Shown: in pieces, positions 9,602 through 18,483 of the stretch
Layout of the letters: every line of letters begins with the position of its first letter
Position numbering within the stretch: the stretch's first letter is position 1
Assembly: GCF_001465295.1 (NCBI RefSeq)
Contig: NZ_CP011034.1
Location: forward strand, 300,001 to 332,000
Length of the DNA: 32,000 nucleotides
DNA from: Pseudoalteromonas translucida KMM 520
GTDB lineage: Bacteria > Pseudomonadota > Gammaproteobacteria > Enterobacterales > Alteromonadaceae
Direction: 5' to 3'
The notes under the pieces: generated by a model
The model's database searches: none
What the model was told of the DNA's origin: nothing
Seen by the model: the letters and a program-made list of their open reading frames with translations, nothing else
Translations under genes and position numbers: made by a program

Positions 9602-10210
9602 ATGCGCTTATTTCTCCCTATAGTTAGTATTTTAATTGCTTTAGCTTTATTGGTTCCCGGTGTTACCCAGCCTGTATTATCCCTAGAAGGAAAAATAGAT
9701 AAGTCTAAATTGGCGCAAACAGGCATTGAGATGATTGCCGATGAAGGCGACCGTAATACTCGAAACATGCTGATGATGGCATCAAGCATGTTTGGGTTAG
9801 ATAAGCTTGAAGGTGAGATTAGCGCTTATCAAAAAACACGTAGTATTTGGGGAACGGTTAACGAGCTGGCTCATAATAAAAATTATTTAGTGGCGGTGTT
9901 GGTGGCTTTTTTCTCAATTGTAATACCGACTATTAAGTTACTAATGCAATTAGTATTTTGCTTATTGCCAGTGAGTAAGTTTAAGCAAAAACTGGGAGTA
10001 ACTATTTGCGCTTTAAGTAAGTGGAGCATGGTAGATGTGTTTGTTATTGCACTTATTGTTACTTATCTTGCAGGCAATGCCGAGGGTGAAACTGGTGGGC
10101 TAATTAAAATGCACGCCGAACTGGGGAATGGCTTTTGGTATTTTACCGGTTATTGCTTATTTGCCATTGCCGCGAGTAGCTTTATTAAAACCGATGCAAA
10201 AAATATTTAA
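9602..10210 (+). CDS. paraquat-inducible protein A (PqiA) family membrane protein, single-module half-size form
   Basis: 202 aa polytopic protein with the PqiA-type segment FFSIVIPTIKLL ... LSKWSMVDVFVIALIV. Confidence 0.65.
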   Translation: MRLFLPIVSILIALALLVPGVTQPVLSLEGKIDKSKLAQTGIEMIADEGDRNTRNMLMMASSMFGLDKLEGEISAYQKTRSIWGTVNELAHNKNYLVAVLVAFFSIVIPTIKLLMQLVFCLLPVSKFKQKLGVTICALSKWSMVDVFVIALIVTYLAGNAEGETGGLIKMHAELGNGFWYFTGYCLFAIAASSFIKTDAKNI

Positions 10211-10250
10211 AGGTTTGTATTAACTATTCAATTATCATAAACTTCTATAG

Positions 10251-10333
10251 AACCTAGAACCTAGAACCTAGAACCTAGAACCTAGAACCTAGAACCTAGA
10301 ACCTAGAACCTAGAACCTAGAACCTAGAACCTA
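10251..10333. repeat. perfect heptanucleotide tandem array (AACCTAG) x 11 full units plus one 6-nt partial unit
   Basis: Read directly from the sequence. The units run without a single mismatch from 10251 to 10327 and a partial aaccta follows to 10333. The array ends 14 nt before the TTG start of the first gene of the cus cluster. Confidence 0.97.
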
Positions 10334-10347
10334 AATAAGGTAAATTT

Positions 10348-10728
10348 TTGCAACGCATTCACTCTAGTATACTGATCATCGCTATGTTACTCACGCTTGT
10401 GGGTCAGGCTGTTGCGTCTGTTGCGTCTGTTGCTATGCTATGTGAAATGCCGCAAATGAGCCAAGCGCAGCATGCTGCAACTAATGTTGCAATTGAAAAA
10501 ACACATCAGCAAATGTCAGTCAGTATGATGAATATGGACTGTTGCGATGACGCAGCAACCGAGCAAGAATGTAATTGCCCAATTAATGCTTGTTCAGCGT
10601 ACTCAATGTTGAGTGTTGATGGCTTATTTAGCACCCCACTGATTATTTCTGAAAAAATACAGCTCTATCCCTCACAAAACCAACACCATTTAGTCAGCTC
10701 GCTATACCGCCCCCCTATGTCTGCTTAA
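10348..10728 (+). CDS. small secreted Cys/Met/His-rich protein leading the Cu/Ag efflux operon (possibly CzcI/DUF2946-like)
   Basis: 126 aa from a TTG start, with a taagg RBS 7-8 nt upstream. The TTG gives a proper signal peptide (MQRIHSSILIIAMLLTLVGQAVA). The mature part has 6 Cys (LCEM, DCCDD, ECNCPINAC), many Met and ends in YRPPMSA. It is co-oriented with cusCBA. Confidence 0.55.
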   Translation: MQRIHSSILIIAMLLTLVGQAVASVASVAMLCEMPQMSQAQHAATNVAIEKTHQQMSVSMMNMDCCDDAATEQECNCPINACSAYSMLSVDGLFSTPLIISEKIQLYPSQNQHHLVSSLYRPPMSA

Positions 10729-10819
10729 TTGCAGGATGGGTGTACCTAAAATTAGGTCAAGTCGTTTAATTCACCTTTTCTGCCTCTAAATTAATCTTTT
10801 AATTTTAGTGGAGTAAGTG

Positions 10820-12145
10820 ATGAATCACTTTGCAGTATTTAAAGTCAGTTTTTTAGCGCTAATGCTAGGAACTGCAATCTCAGCACACAGCAATGAACTT
10901 AGCCTAGATGAGGCGCTTTCGTATGCGCTAAGCCATGAGCCTTGGCTAAAGGCAAGCCAGTACCAACAAGCCGCAGAGCAAGCACAAAGTATAGCCGCCG
11001 GTAGTTTGCCTGATCCGGTATTAACTTTGGGTTTAATGGGCGTGCCAACCGATGGTTTTGCTTTAGATCAAGAAGGTATGACGCAGCTAAGTATTGGTGT
11101 AAGCCAAATGTTTAGCCGTGGCGATAGCCTAGCATTAAAACAGCAAGCCTTAGCACAATCTGCGCAGCAACATCCTTGGTTGCGAGCCGATCGCCTTGCA
11201 CAAGTAAAAACAATTGTTATTGAATCATGGCTTAATGCGTACAGAGCTCAGCGCAGCATTGCGCTTATCAAACAAGATAAAGCCTTATTTTCGCAACTTA
11301 TTGATATAACCGAATCAAGTTATGCCAGCTCGCTAGGTAAAACTCGTCAGCAAGATATCATTCGCGCTCAGTTAGAGCTCACTCGCCTAGAAGATAAATT
11401 AGTAATGCTAGCGCAGCAACTTGAAAGCGCTAAAAAACGGCTGTCGCAATGGTTGCCAATGAGCATGCTAACTCAACCTGTAAGCACTAAAAATACAGCT
11501 ATTGAGCCGTTAATTAGTTTTACCACGCTGGAATTTGAGGCGTTAATGTCGTTACTCATGGCGCACCCCGCAATAGTTGCTATTGATAAAACAGTAACAG
11601 CTAAGGAAACCGAAGTAGCGCTCGCAAAGCAAAGTTATAAGCCGCAGTTTGGAGTAAATATGGGTTATAGCCATCGAGGTGATACGCCTATGGGAGACTC
11701 ACGAGCCGATTTACTCTCTGTTGGGGTAAGTATTGACTTGCCGTTATTTACTAGTAACCGCCAAGATCAGCAAGTTAACGCTGCAATAGCGACAGCCGAA
11801 GCAGTTAAAACTCAAAAATTAATAGCGCTACAAAAGTTAAAAGGCATGTATTTCAAAGAGTTTAGCCAATTAATGCAGCTACAAAAACGCGATACGCTTT
11901 ATCAAACTAAGTTATTGCCGCAAATGGCAGAGCAAGCCCAGGCCACACTCAATGCATACACGCGGGACGACGGTGATTTTTCAGAAGTTATGCGTGCTCG
12001 TATTAGTGAGCTTAATGCCAAAATTGACGGCTTAAATATTCAAATAGACCAACAAATTATTATTGCTCGTCTAAATTATTATGCCAGCAGCCAAGACGCT
12101 GCTGTGATGCTTGAGCAATTAGGAGAGCAAAATCGTGAATACTAA
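10820..12145 (+). CDS. cusC: TolC-family outer membrane efflux protein of the heavy-metal RND system (CusC/CzcC-like, not lipidated)
   Basis: About 441 aa. Signal peptide without a lipobox and the two-repeat helical/beta architecture typical of OMFs. GGAG RBS lies 6 nt before the ATG at 10820; the track starts at GTG 10817. The stop overlaps the cusB start. Confidence 0.8.
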   Translation: MNHFAVFKVSFLALMLGTAISAHSNELSLDEALSYALSHEPWLKASQYQQAAEQAQSIAAGSLPDPVLTLGLMGVPTDGFALDQEGMTQLSIGVSQMFSRGDSLALKQQALAQSAQQHPWLRADRLAQVKTIVIESWLNAYRAQRSIALIKQDKALFSQLIDITESSYASSLGKTRQQDIIRAQLELTRLEDKLVMLAQQLESAKKRLSQWLPMSMLTQPVSTKNTAIEPLISFTTLEFEALMSLLMAHPAIVAIDKTVTAKETEVALAKQSYKPQFGVNMGYSHRGDTPMGDSRADLLSVGVSIDLPLFTSNRQDQQVNAAIATAEAVKTQKLIALQKLKGMYFKEFSQLMQLQKRDTLYQTKLLPQMAEQAQATLNAYTRDDGDFSEVMRARISELNAKIDGLNIQIDQQIIIARLNYYASSQDAAVMLEQLGEQNREY

Positions 12146-13895
12146 TTTAAAACTATTAATAGCTGCTGTAGTGGGTGGTGGAGTAACGGCATTAGTGTTA
12201 TCGCTTATGCCTGCGAGCAATACTGATATTAAAGCAAGCACAGAAAAACAACCACTGTACTGGGTAGCACCGATGGATAGTAATTATCGACGTGATGAAC
12301 CCGGGCTTTCGCCAATGGGCATGGACTTAGTGCCCGTTTACGATGAAGCATCAGGCAGTAGTAGCAATTTAGATGGCCCAGGCGCGGTGACTATTTCGCC
12401 AGCAGTGGTTAATAATCTCGGGGTAAGAATCGCTAAAGTGCAGCACAAGGCGTTACAAAGTGAAGTTAAAACAGTTGGCTATGTGCAATATAATCAAGAT
12501 CAACTTATTCATATTCATCCTCGTGTAGAGGGCTGGTTAGAAACGCTTTATATCAAAGCTGCAGGCGACAGTGTTGAGTACGGTGAGCCACTTTATACCT
12601 TGTATTCACCACAATTAGTAAATGCCCAAGAAGAGTTTGTATTAGCGCTAAATCGTAACAACCAGGTGCTAATTCGCGCAGCTAAAGCACGCTTAAAGTC
12701 ACTTAATATATCGGATGATTTTGTAAAGCGGCTGCAAAAAAGTAAACAAGTAATGCAAAACATTACCTTTTACGCCATTCAAAGTGGTGTTGTTGAGGAG
12801 CTAAATGTGCGCGAAGGTTTTTATGTTAACCCCGGCACCACCATGATGAGTATTGGTAAGCTTGATGAGGTATGGGTTGAGGCCGAAGTGTTTGAGCGCC
12901 AAGCTGAGCTAATTAAGATTGGCCAACCAGTAAGTATGACGCTTGATTATTTAAGTGGCCAAAGCTGGCAAGGTAAAGTGGATTATATTTACCCAACACT
13001 TGATGCTAAAAACCGTACCTTGCGAGTGCGCCTGCGCTTTAATAACGAAGGTCATAAACTTAAGCCTAATATGTTTGCCCAAGTAAATATTCATACTCAA
13101 GCCAATAAAGCGCAATTAGTAGTCCCTAAAGAAGCGGTGATCCGCACCGGAAACCAGAACCGCGTAGTGGTTGCCTTAGGCGAGGGGCGCTTTAAATCTG
13201 TGGCCGTAGAAATGGGCAGAAGTGACAGTAAAAACACCGCAATATTATCAGGAATAATGGCAGATGATGACGTGGTGGTTTCGGCGCAATTTTTATTAGA
13301 TTCAGAATCAAGTAAAAGCTCTGACTTTAAACGCATGCAAGCCCCCCAAGCTGTTAGCTCTGTATGGAGCGAGGGTATTGTTAATAGCATTATGGCGGAA
13401 CATCGTATGGTTAATATTAGCCATGAGCCGATTGCTGAACTTGATTGGCCTAGTATGACAATGGACTTTACGGTTGCTGATGATGTTGACTTTACTGCTT
13501 TTGAAAATGGCCAAACATTACATTTTGAGCTGACTAAGCAAGCTGATGGCAGCTATGTATTAACGGCTATTCATATAATGAAAAGCACAGCAACAAATAG
13601 CGAAACAAATAGCGAAAAAAATACAGCAACCGTTTTGGGCACAATTAACAGTATTGATAAAGCACAGCGCACAGCAAATATTAGCCGTGGTGCAATAGAA
13701 AAATGGGGACGCGAACCAGCAAGGCTCGATTTTATTTTTGCAGATGATATAGATTTAACCGCACTTGCAGCGCAGCAACAAATAAACTTTACCTTTAGTT
13801 TGCAGCAAGGGGAGTTTGTGATTAGCCACATAAATGGCGAGCACTCTACAAGCGCAGCAGGTAATCACACTATGCAATTGCATAACGCGCATTAG
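12135..13895 (+). CDS. cusB: RND periplasmic adaptor CusB with an N-terminal Met-rich metal site and two C-terminal CusF-like domains
   Basis: 586 aa from a GTG start with a GGAG 9 nt upstream. It has an N-terminal membrane anchor, [28 protein letters not shown] (heavy-metal-binding N-domain) and an HlyD-like core. A CusF-like domain at nt 13362-13580 carries [19 protein letters not shown] second, degenerate copy lies at nt 13626-13838. Confidence 0.85.
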   Translation: MNTNLKLLIAAVVGGGVTALVLSLMPASNTDIKASTEKQPLYWVAPMDSNYRRDEPGLSPMGMDLVPVYDEASGSSSNLDGPGAVTISPAVVNNLGVRIAKVQHKALQSEVKTVGYVQYNQDQLIHIHPRVEGWLETLYIKAAGDSVEYGEPLYTLYSPQLVNAQEEFVLALNRNNQVLIRAAKARLKSLNISDDFVKRLQKSKQVMQNITFYAIQSGVVEELNVREGFYVNPGTTMMSIGKLDEVWVEAEVFERQAELIKIGQPVSMTLDYLSGQSWQGKVDYIYPTLDAKNRTLRVRLRFNNEGHKLKPNMFAQVNIHTQANKAQLVVPKEAVIRTGNQNRVVVALGEGRFKSVAVEMGRSDSKNTAILSGIMADDDVVVSAQFLLDSESSKSSDFKRMQAPQAVSSVWSEGIVNSIMAEHRMVNISHEPIAELDWPSMTMDFTVADDVDFTAFENGQTLHFELTKQADGSYVLTAIHIMKSTATNSETNSEKNTATVLGTINSIDKAQRTANISRGAIEKWGREPARLDFIFADDIDLTALAAQQQINFTFSLQQGEFVISHINGEHSTSAAGNHTMQLHNAH

Positions 13896-13903
13896 GAGGC
13901 AAT

Positions 13904-16900
13904 ATGATAGCTGCAATTATACGTTGGTCCGTTCTTAATCGCTTTTTTGTGTTGTTACTGACCGTTATTTTAATTGGCGGGGGGTTATTTGCTGTTAAAA
14001 ATACTCCTGTTGATGCCTTGCCTGACTTATCAGATGTGCAAGTAATTATTAAAACATCGTACCCAGGGCAAGCGCCGCAAGTGGTGCAAGATCAGGTTAC
14101 TTTTCCACTCACCACCGCAATGTTATCGGTGCCAGGAGCGCAAACAGTAAGGGGCTTTTCATTTTTTGGAGACTCTTACGTATATGTAATATTTGATGAA
14201 AAAACCGATTTGTACTGGGCACGTAGCCGAGTGCAAGAGTATTTAAGCCAAGTAGCGAGTCGTTTACCAGCTACAGCCAGCGCAGAGCTTGGCCCCGATG
14301 CCACCGGTGTTGGTTGGGTATACTTATATGCACTGGTAGATAAAACCAATCAGCACGATATTAGCCAGTTACGTAGCTTACAAGATTGGTTTTTAAAATT
14401 TGAATTGCAAACAGTACCAGGCGTATCTGAGGTTGCTTCAGTAGGAGGCATGGTAAAACAGTATCAAGTTACGGTTGAACCCGATAAGTTACGAGCTTAT
14501 GGCATTCCACTGAGCTTAATTCAAACAGCCATTGCCCAAGGCAATCAAGAAATGGGCGCATCGGTAGTCGAAATGGCCGAGGCTGAATACATGGTTACTA
14601 GCACCGGCTATATTAAAAGTGTTGCCGATTTAGAAGCTATTCCTTTAGGTGTTAATACTAATGGCACACCACTGCAATTGCGTGATGTGGCCGATATTCG
14701 TTTAGGGCCGCAAATGCGCCGTGGTATTGCCGAGCTAAATGGCGAAGGCGAAGTGGCTGGTGGCGTAGTGGTAATGCGCTACGGTGAAAACGCGCAAAAA
14801 ACCATTGAGCTGGTAAAAGCAAAGCTCGAGTCATTAAAAAAAGGATTACCAGCGGGAGTTGAAATTGTACCTGTGTACGATCGCTCCAACTTGATTAAAG
14901 ATGCAGTTGATAACTTAAGCAGTAAACTACTAGAAGAGCTGGTTGTGGTTGCTTTGGTTTGCATTGTATTTTTGTTTCATGTGCGCTCATCTTTAGTAGC
15001 GATTATTACTCTACCACTGGGTATTTTAACGGCATTTTTAATTATGTATTGGCAAGGTATTAACGCCAATATTATGTCGCTTGGCGGTATTGCCATTGCA
15101 ATTGGCGCTATGACCGATGGCGCTATAGTGATGATTGAAAATATGCACAAACATATGGAAAAAACCCCACTAACCGATGAAAACCGCTGGCAAGTGGTGA
15201 TCGATTCGGCCAGTGAAGTCGGCCCCGCATTATTTTTTAGCTTAATGATAATTACGGTAAGTTTTATGCCGGTATTTATTTTAGAGGCGCAAGAAGGGCG
15301 CATGTTTGCCCCGCTGGCGTACACTAAAACCTATGCTATGGCCGCCTCTGCTGGGCTTGCAATTACTTTAGTACCGGTGCTTATGGGTTACTTTATTCGC
15401 GGCAAAGTAATTTCAGAGCAAAAAAATCCGGTTAACCGTATGCTGGTAAGTGCTTATAAACCATTACTCAACGCAGTACTTAAGTTTCCTAAAGCAACCT
15501 TGGCCTTAGCTGCGTTGGTTGCAGTGATTGGCTTTTACCCGGTAAATAAAATGGGGAGCGAGTTTATTCCCCCCCTTGATGAGGGCGATTTAATGTATAT
15601 GCCAACTACTTATCCAGGTATTTCGATTGGTAAAGCGCGGGAGTTGTTACAGCAAACTGATAAATTAATTGCCACTGTGCCAGAGGTACTAACGGTATTT
15701 GGTAAAGTAGGACGAGCAGAAACCGCCACAGATCCAGCGCCGCTTACCATGATAGAAACCTTTATTCAGCTCAAGCCTAAAGATCAATGGCGCGAAGGAA
15801 TGACCCTAGATAAACTCAAAAAAGAGCTAGATAGTTTAGTGAAGTTTCCTGGGGTAACTAACGCATGGGTTATGCCAATTAAAACCCGTATTGATATGTT
15901 AGCAACGGGTATTAAAACCCCGGTGGGGATTAAAGTTGCTGGCCCTAAATTGAGTGAAATTCAAAAAATAGGTCAACAAATTGAAAGCATTTTAAAAGAT
16001 GTACCGGGTACGGCATCCGTTTATTCTGAGCGTGTTGCTGGTGGGCGTTATATTAAGGTAGATATAAACCGTGAAAAAGCGGCGCGTTATAGTTTAAATA
16101 TTGCCGATATACAGCAAGTTGTAGCTACTGCTATTGGTGGCACAAATGTCACCCAAACCGTAGAAGGGCAAGAGCGCTATCCGGTAAATTTACGATACCC
16201 GCAAGGTTACCGCGATTCACCTGAAGAACTAATGTTACTTCCTATTGTAACTCCAGCCGGGCAGCGTATAGCTTTAGCCGATGTTGCCAAGGTATTTATT
16301 GAAGATGGCCCAGCCGGAATAAAAAGTGAAAATGCCCGCTTAAATGGTTGGAGCTTTATTGATATAGAAAATATTGATATTGGCACATATGTAGAAAACG
16401 CCCAGCAAATTTTGCATGACCAGTTGATACTACCAGCAGGGTATTCAATTACCTGGGCTGGGCAATATGAATATATGCAGCGTGCTAAAGATAAACTTGC
16501 TTACGTATTGCCACTAACGTTAGCCATTATTGTAGTGCTGCTGTATCTCAACTTTAGAAGCTTTGCGGAGGTATTGATTATTATCGTTACTTTACCGTTG
16601 GCGATGATTGGCGGAATATGGCTTATGTACCTAGAAGGCTTTAACTTTTCGGTGGCTGTTGGGGTGGGCTTTATTGCACTTGCGGGGGTGGCCGTAGAAA
16701 TTGGGGTGATCATGCTGGTGTATTTAAATCAGGCCTACCAAGAAAAAATCACCCAAGCACAACAAACTGGTGTGCCGCTTAATTATGAGCAGCTTAAGCA
16801 GGCAATAATAGAAGGTGCAGGACTAAGGGTACGTCCGGTGATGATGACAGTAGCTACTATAGTTATCGGTTTATTACCGGTACTTTATGGCACCGGTACG

Positions 16901-17020
16901 GGCAGTGAAATAATGAGCCGCATAGCAGCGCCTATGGTAGGTGGTATGTTTAGTGCTGTTGTTTTAACCTTATTAGTAATACCAGCAACGTATTTATTGT
17001 GGCGCAAACGCAACCTATAA
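13904..17020 (+). CDS. cusA: CusA/CzcA family heavy-metal efflux RND pump, Cu(I)/Ag(I) type
   Basis: 1038 aa with 12-TM RND architecture. Segments [25 protein letters not shown] and [18 protein letters not shown] align with E. coli CusA and keep the three Met residues of the M573/M623/M672 Cu(I) triad. Confidence 0.93.
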   Translation: MIAAIIRWSVLNRFFVLLLTVILIGGGLFAVKNTPVDALPDLSDVQVIIKTSYPGQAPQVVQDQVTFPLTTAMLSVPGAQTVRGFSFFGDSYVYVIFDEKTDLYWARSRVQEYLSQVASRLPATASAELGPDATGVGWVYLYALVDKTNQHDISQLRSLQDWFLKFELQTVPGVSEVASVGGMVKQYQVTVEPDKLRAYGIPLSLIQTAIAQGNQEMGASVVEMAEAEYMVTSTGYIKSVADLEAIPLGVNTNGTPLQLRDVADIRLGPQMRRGIAELNGEGEVAGGVVVMRYGENAQKTIELVKAKLESLKKGLPAGVEIVPVYDRSNLIKDAVDNLSSKLLEELVVVALVCIVFLFHVRSSLVAIITLPLGILTAFLIMYWQGINANIMSLGGIAIAIGAMTDGAIVMIENMHKHMEKTPLTDENRWQVVIDSASEVGPALFFSLMIITVSFMPVFILEAQEGRMFAPLAYTKTYAMAASAGLAITLVPVLMGYFIRGKVISEQKNPVNRMLVSAYKPLLNAVLKFPKATLALAALVAVIGFYPVNKMGSEFIPPLDEGDLMYMPTTYPGISIGKARELLQQTDKLIATVPEVLTVFGKVGRAETATDPAPLTMIETFIQLKPKDQWREGMTLDKLKKELDSLVKFPGVTNAWVMPIKTRIDMLATGIKTPVGIKVAGPKLSEIQKIGQQIESILKDVPGTASVYSERVAGGRYIKVDINREKAARYSLNIADIQQVVATAIGGTNVTQTVEGQERYPVNLRYPQGYRDSPEELMLLPIVTPAGQRIALADVAKVFIEDGPAGIKSENARLNGWSFIDIENIDIGTYVENAQQILHDQLILPAGYSITWAGQYEYMQRAKDKLAYVLPLTLAIIVVLLYLNFRSFAEVLIIIVTLPLAMIGGIWLMYLEGFNFSVAVGVGFIALAGVAVEIGVIMLVYLNQAYQEKITQAQQTGVPLNYEQLKQAIIEGAGLRVRPVMMTVATIVIGLLPVLYGTGTGSEIMSRIAAPMVGGMFSAVVLTLLVIPATYLLWRKRNL

Positions 17021-17030
17021 TATTTACATT

Positions 17031-17075
17031 GGTTATGTAACTTATACTAAAAAGATTGTATTGGGTTACATAACC
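17031..17075 (+). terminator. inverted repeat just after cusA (possible terminator or protein-binding site)
   Basis: Perfect 11-bp arms ggttatgtaac (17031-17041) and gttacataacc (17065-17075) with a 23-nt AT-rich spacer. No clear U-tract follows. Confidence 0.3.
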
Positions 17076-17162
17076 TGCAACTTTGCTATTGATATTATTC
17101 ACTTTTTTATATGGCACGATTTGCGCATTACTGTATTTACTCAGCTTAAGTAAGGAATGCAG

Positions 17163-17618
17163 ATGCAAGTTAAAACAATTCAACAAATGTATGACTGGAC
17201 TATATTGTTTCATACACAAATGGCAGCTAACTTTTTTAGTGTGCGGGAACTACTAGGTGAGCATAATACTCAATTAGTTGATTACTGTACTAAATACGAA
17301 AAAAAACTTGCTGAAGATTTAATTGGCTTTAAAGCAATCACCACCATAAATACGTTAGATACCTACTGCTATGAGTATTTTGCAGAAAATCCAGAGCTGC
17401 TGAATTTTACTGATTTAGATCGAAGTACCCAATTAGATGAGCAAGCTATTCAGGGCTATTTGTCTGATCAGCATCAAAAAGTAATAAATGCTTATGAGTA
17501 CTTAGAGGGAAAAACACAAACTGCAGACGGCAAAGAAAAACTCGGACAAATACTTCAGCTTGAGCACCAAGGATTAAAACAAATGGTACAAAGCATAAAC
17601 CGACATCTAGATATGTAA
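17163..17618 (+). CDS. hypothetical protein, predicted helical, no recognised family
   Basis: Open frame of about 151 aa. An aagga RBS lies 6 nt before the ATG at 17163, whereas the ATG at 17157 abuts the RBS. A strong terminator follows. I recognise no motif. Confidence 0.5.
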   Translation: MQVKTIQQMYDWTILFHTQMAANFFSVRELLGEHNTQLVDYCTKYEKKLAEDLIGFKAITTINTLDTYCYEYFAENPELLNFTDLDRSTQLDEQAIQGYLSDQHQKVINAYEYLEGKTQTADGKEKLGQILQLEHQGLKQMVQSINRHLDM

Positions 17619-17641
17619 ATTTATATACAGTTAAATTAATA

Positions 17642-17683
17642 AAAATAACGGCGTTACACTATGGTGTGTAGCGCCGTTATTTT
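17642..17683. terminator. bidirectional rho-independent terminator between the orphan ORF and the gcvR-like gene
   Basis: 12-bp perfect stem aaaataacggcg / cgccgttatttt, extendable through ttacac/gtgta. A-runs and T-runs flank it on both sides. Confidence 0.7.
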
Positions 17684-17684
17684 G

Positions 17685-18191
17685 TTAAACCTTTTCTACA
17701 TCAACAATTAAGTCGCTTGTTATCGACTCTAATGCATTAATTACTTCTTCTTTATTCAACCCATTAGGTAGTGTTACCGTAGCAACAGCACTAAAAATAG
17801 GCACGCCCCAATTAGGTGCGCTTTGTTGCCTCGAGTTTAAGTGAGTAATATTGGCTCCTTTATGACGAATTACACTTGCAAGCTCTTGCACAATACCCGG
17901 GCGATCGTTACCGGTAATAACAAAGTTAAGTTGCTCACGTGTGGCGGGTTCTATTTCTGTATCACCTGTTTCAATACGTACATCAAGTTTAGGCAGAGCA
18001 TTGAGTGCATTTTGCAGTGCCTGAAAATGCTCTTCGCTAACTTCAATCTGAATAATACCTGCAAAGTGACCGAGTAAATGGCTTAAGTTGCTGCTTAGCC
18101 AGTTGCCATGATTTTCTAAAATAACGGATGAAATGCTCTCTACTAAACCAGGACGATCTTGTCCTAAAATGGTTATAACCAACTGCTTCAT
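17685..18191 (-). CDS. gcvR: glycine cleavage system transcriptional repressor-like protein (tandem ACT domains)
   Basis: 168 aa with two ACT-type repeats, each starting with the GxDRPGxV motif (ILGQDRPGLVESIS and ITGNDRPGIVQELA), as in GcvR. Confidence 0.65.
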   Translation of the reverse strand: MKQLVITILGQDRPGLVESISSVILENHGNWLSSNLSHLLGHFAGIIQIEVSEEHFQALQNALNALPKLDVRIETGDTEIEPATREQLNFVITGNDRPGIVQELASVIRHKGANITHLNSRQQSAPNWGVPIFSAVATVTLPNGLNKEEVINALESITSDLIVDVEKV

Positions 18192-18483
18192 AAATAGTTC
18201 TCTTCTTTAAAGCCCAAATAAGGTAATGCATAGGCATTAAGTGTTGTTTAACTCTATCCAGAGTTCAGGTTAAATATTATGATTTAGTTGCTAAAATTAG
18301 ACCTTTAATCCTATAGTGCAGCCCTTGCAACAAATCATAATTATTAACTAAATGCTCCCTGAGTATTGACCTCGATAAATACTTTGTCCAATAAATATAA
18401 TATTTAGTTCATCAATACCGCATAAACACGGCTGCTATTTGATCTTAAAGATATTTAAATCATACGGTAAATAATTATTACCG

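Noticed and set aside
9239-9789. I considered short ORFs around the phnA / PqiA-like divergent region (9239-9451, 9300-9512 and 9553-9789 minus).
   Set aside because: They overlap the 5' ends of the real genes or AT-rich promoter DNA. Their composition is biased and implausible, and they have no RBS.
10251-10333. I asked whether the regular repeat array could be a CRISPR array.
   Set aside because: The units are 7 nt and directly abutting with no spacers, and there are no cas genes. It is a microsatellite-type tandem repeat, not a CRISPR array.
10744-10757. I considered the palindrome ACCTAA-aa-TTAGGT between the small leader ORF and cusC as a MerR/CueR-type operator.
   Set aside because: The arms are only 6 bp. 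I could not find flanking -35 and -10 hexamers with the 19-20 bp spacer typical of MerR-family promoters. It may just be a small hairpin. It is mentioned in a finding but not called as a feature.
12135-17020. I considered antisense ORFs inside cusB and cusA (13097-13390, 13308-13514, 13571-13831, 14779-14964, 14977-15324, 16501-16713).
   Set aside because: They lie wholly within, and opposite to, strongly conserved coding sequence. Their translations are low-complexity (Ser/Thr/Ile/Ala-rich), typical of the reverse frame of membrane-protein genes, and they have no RBS.
10211-17156. I asked whether the cus operon sits on a genomic island or mobile element.
   Set aside because: There is no integrase, transposase, flanking tRNA, terminal inverted repeat or direct repeat, and I could see no obvious compositional break by eye. 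The heptamer array is a microsatellite, not an att site or IS end.
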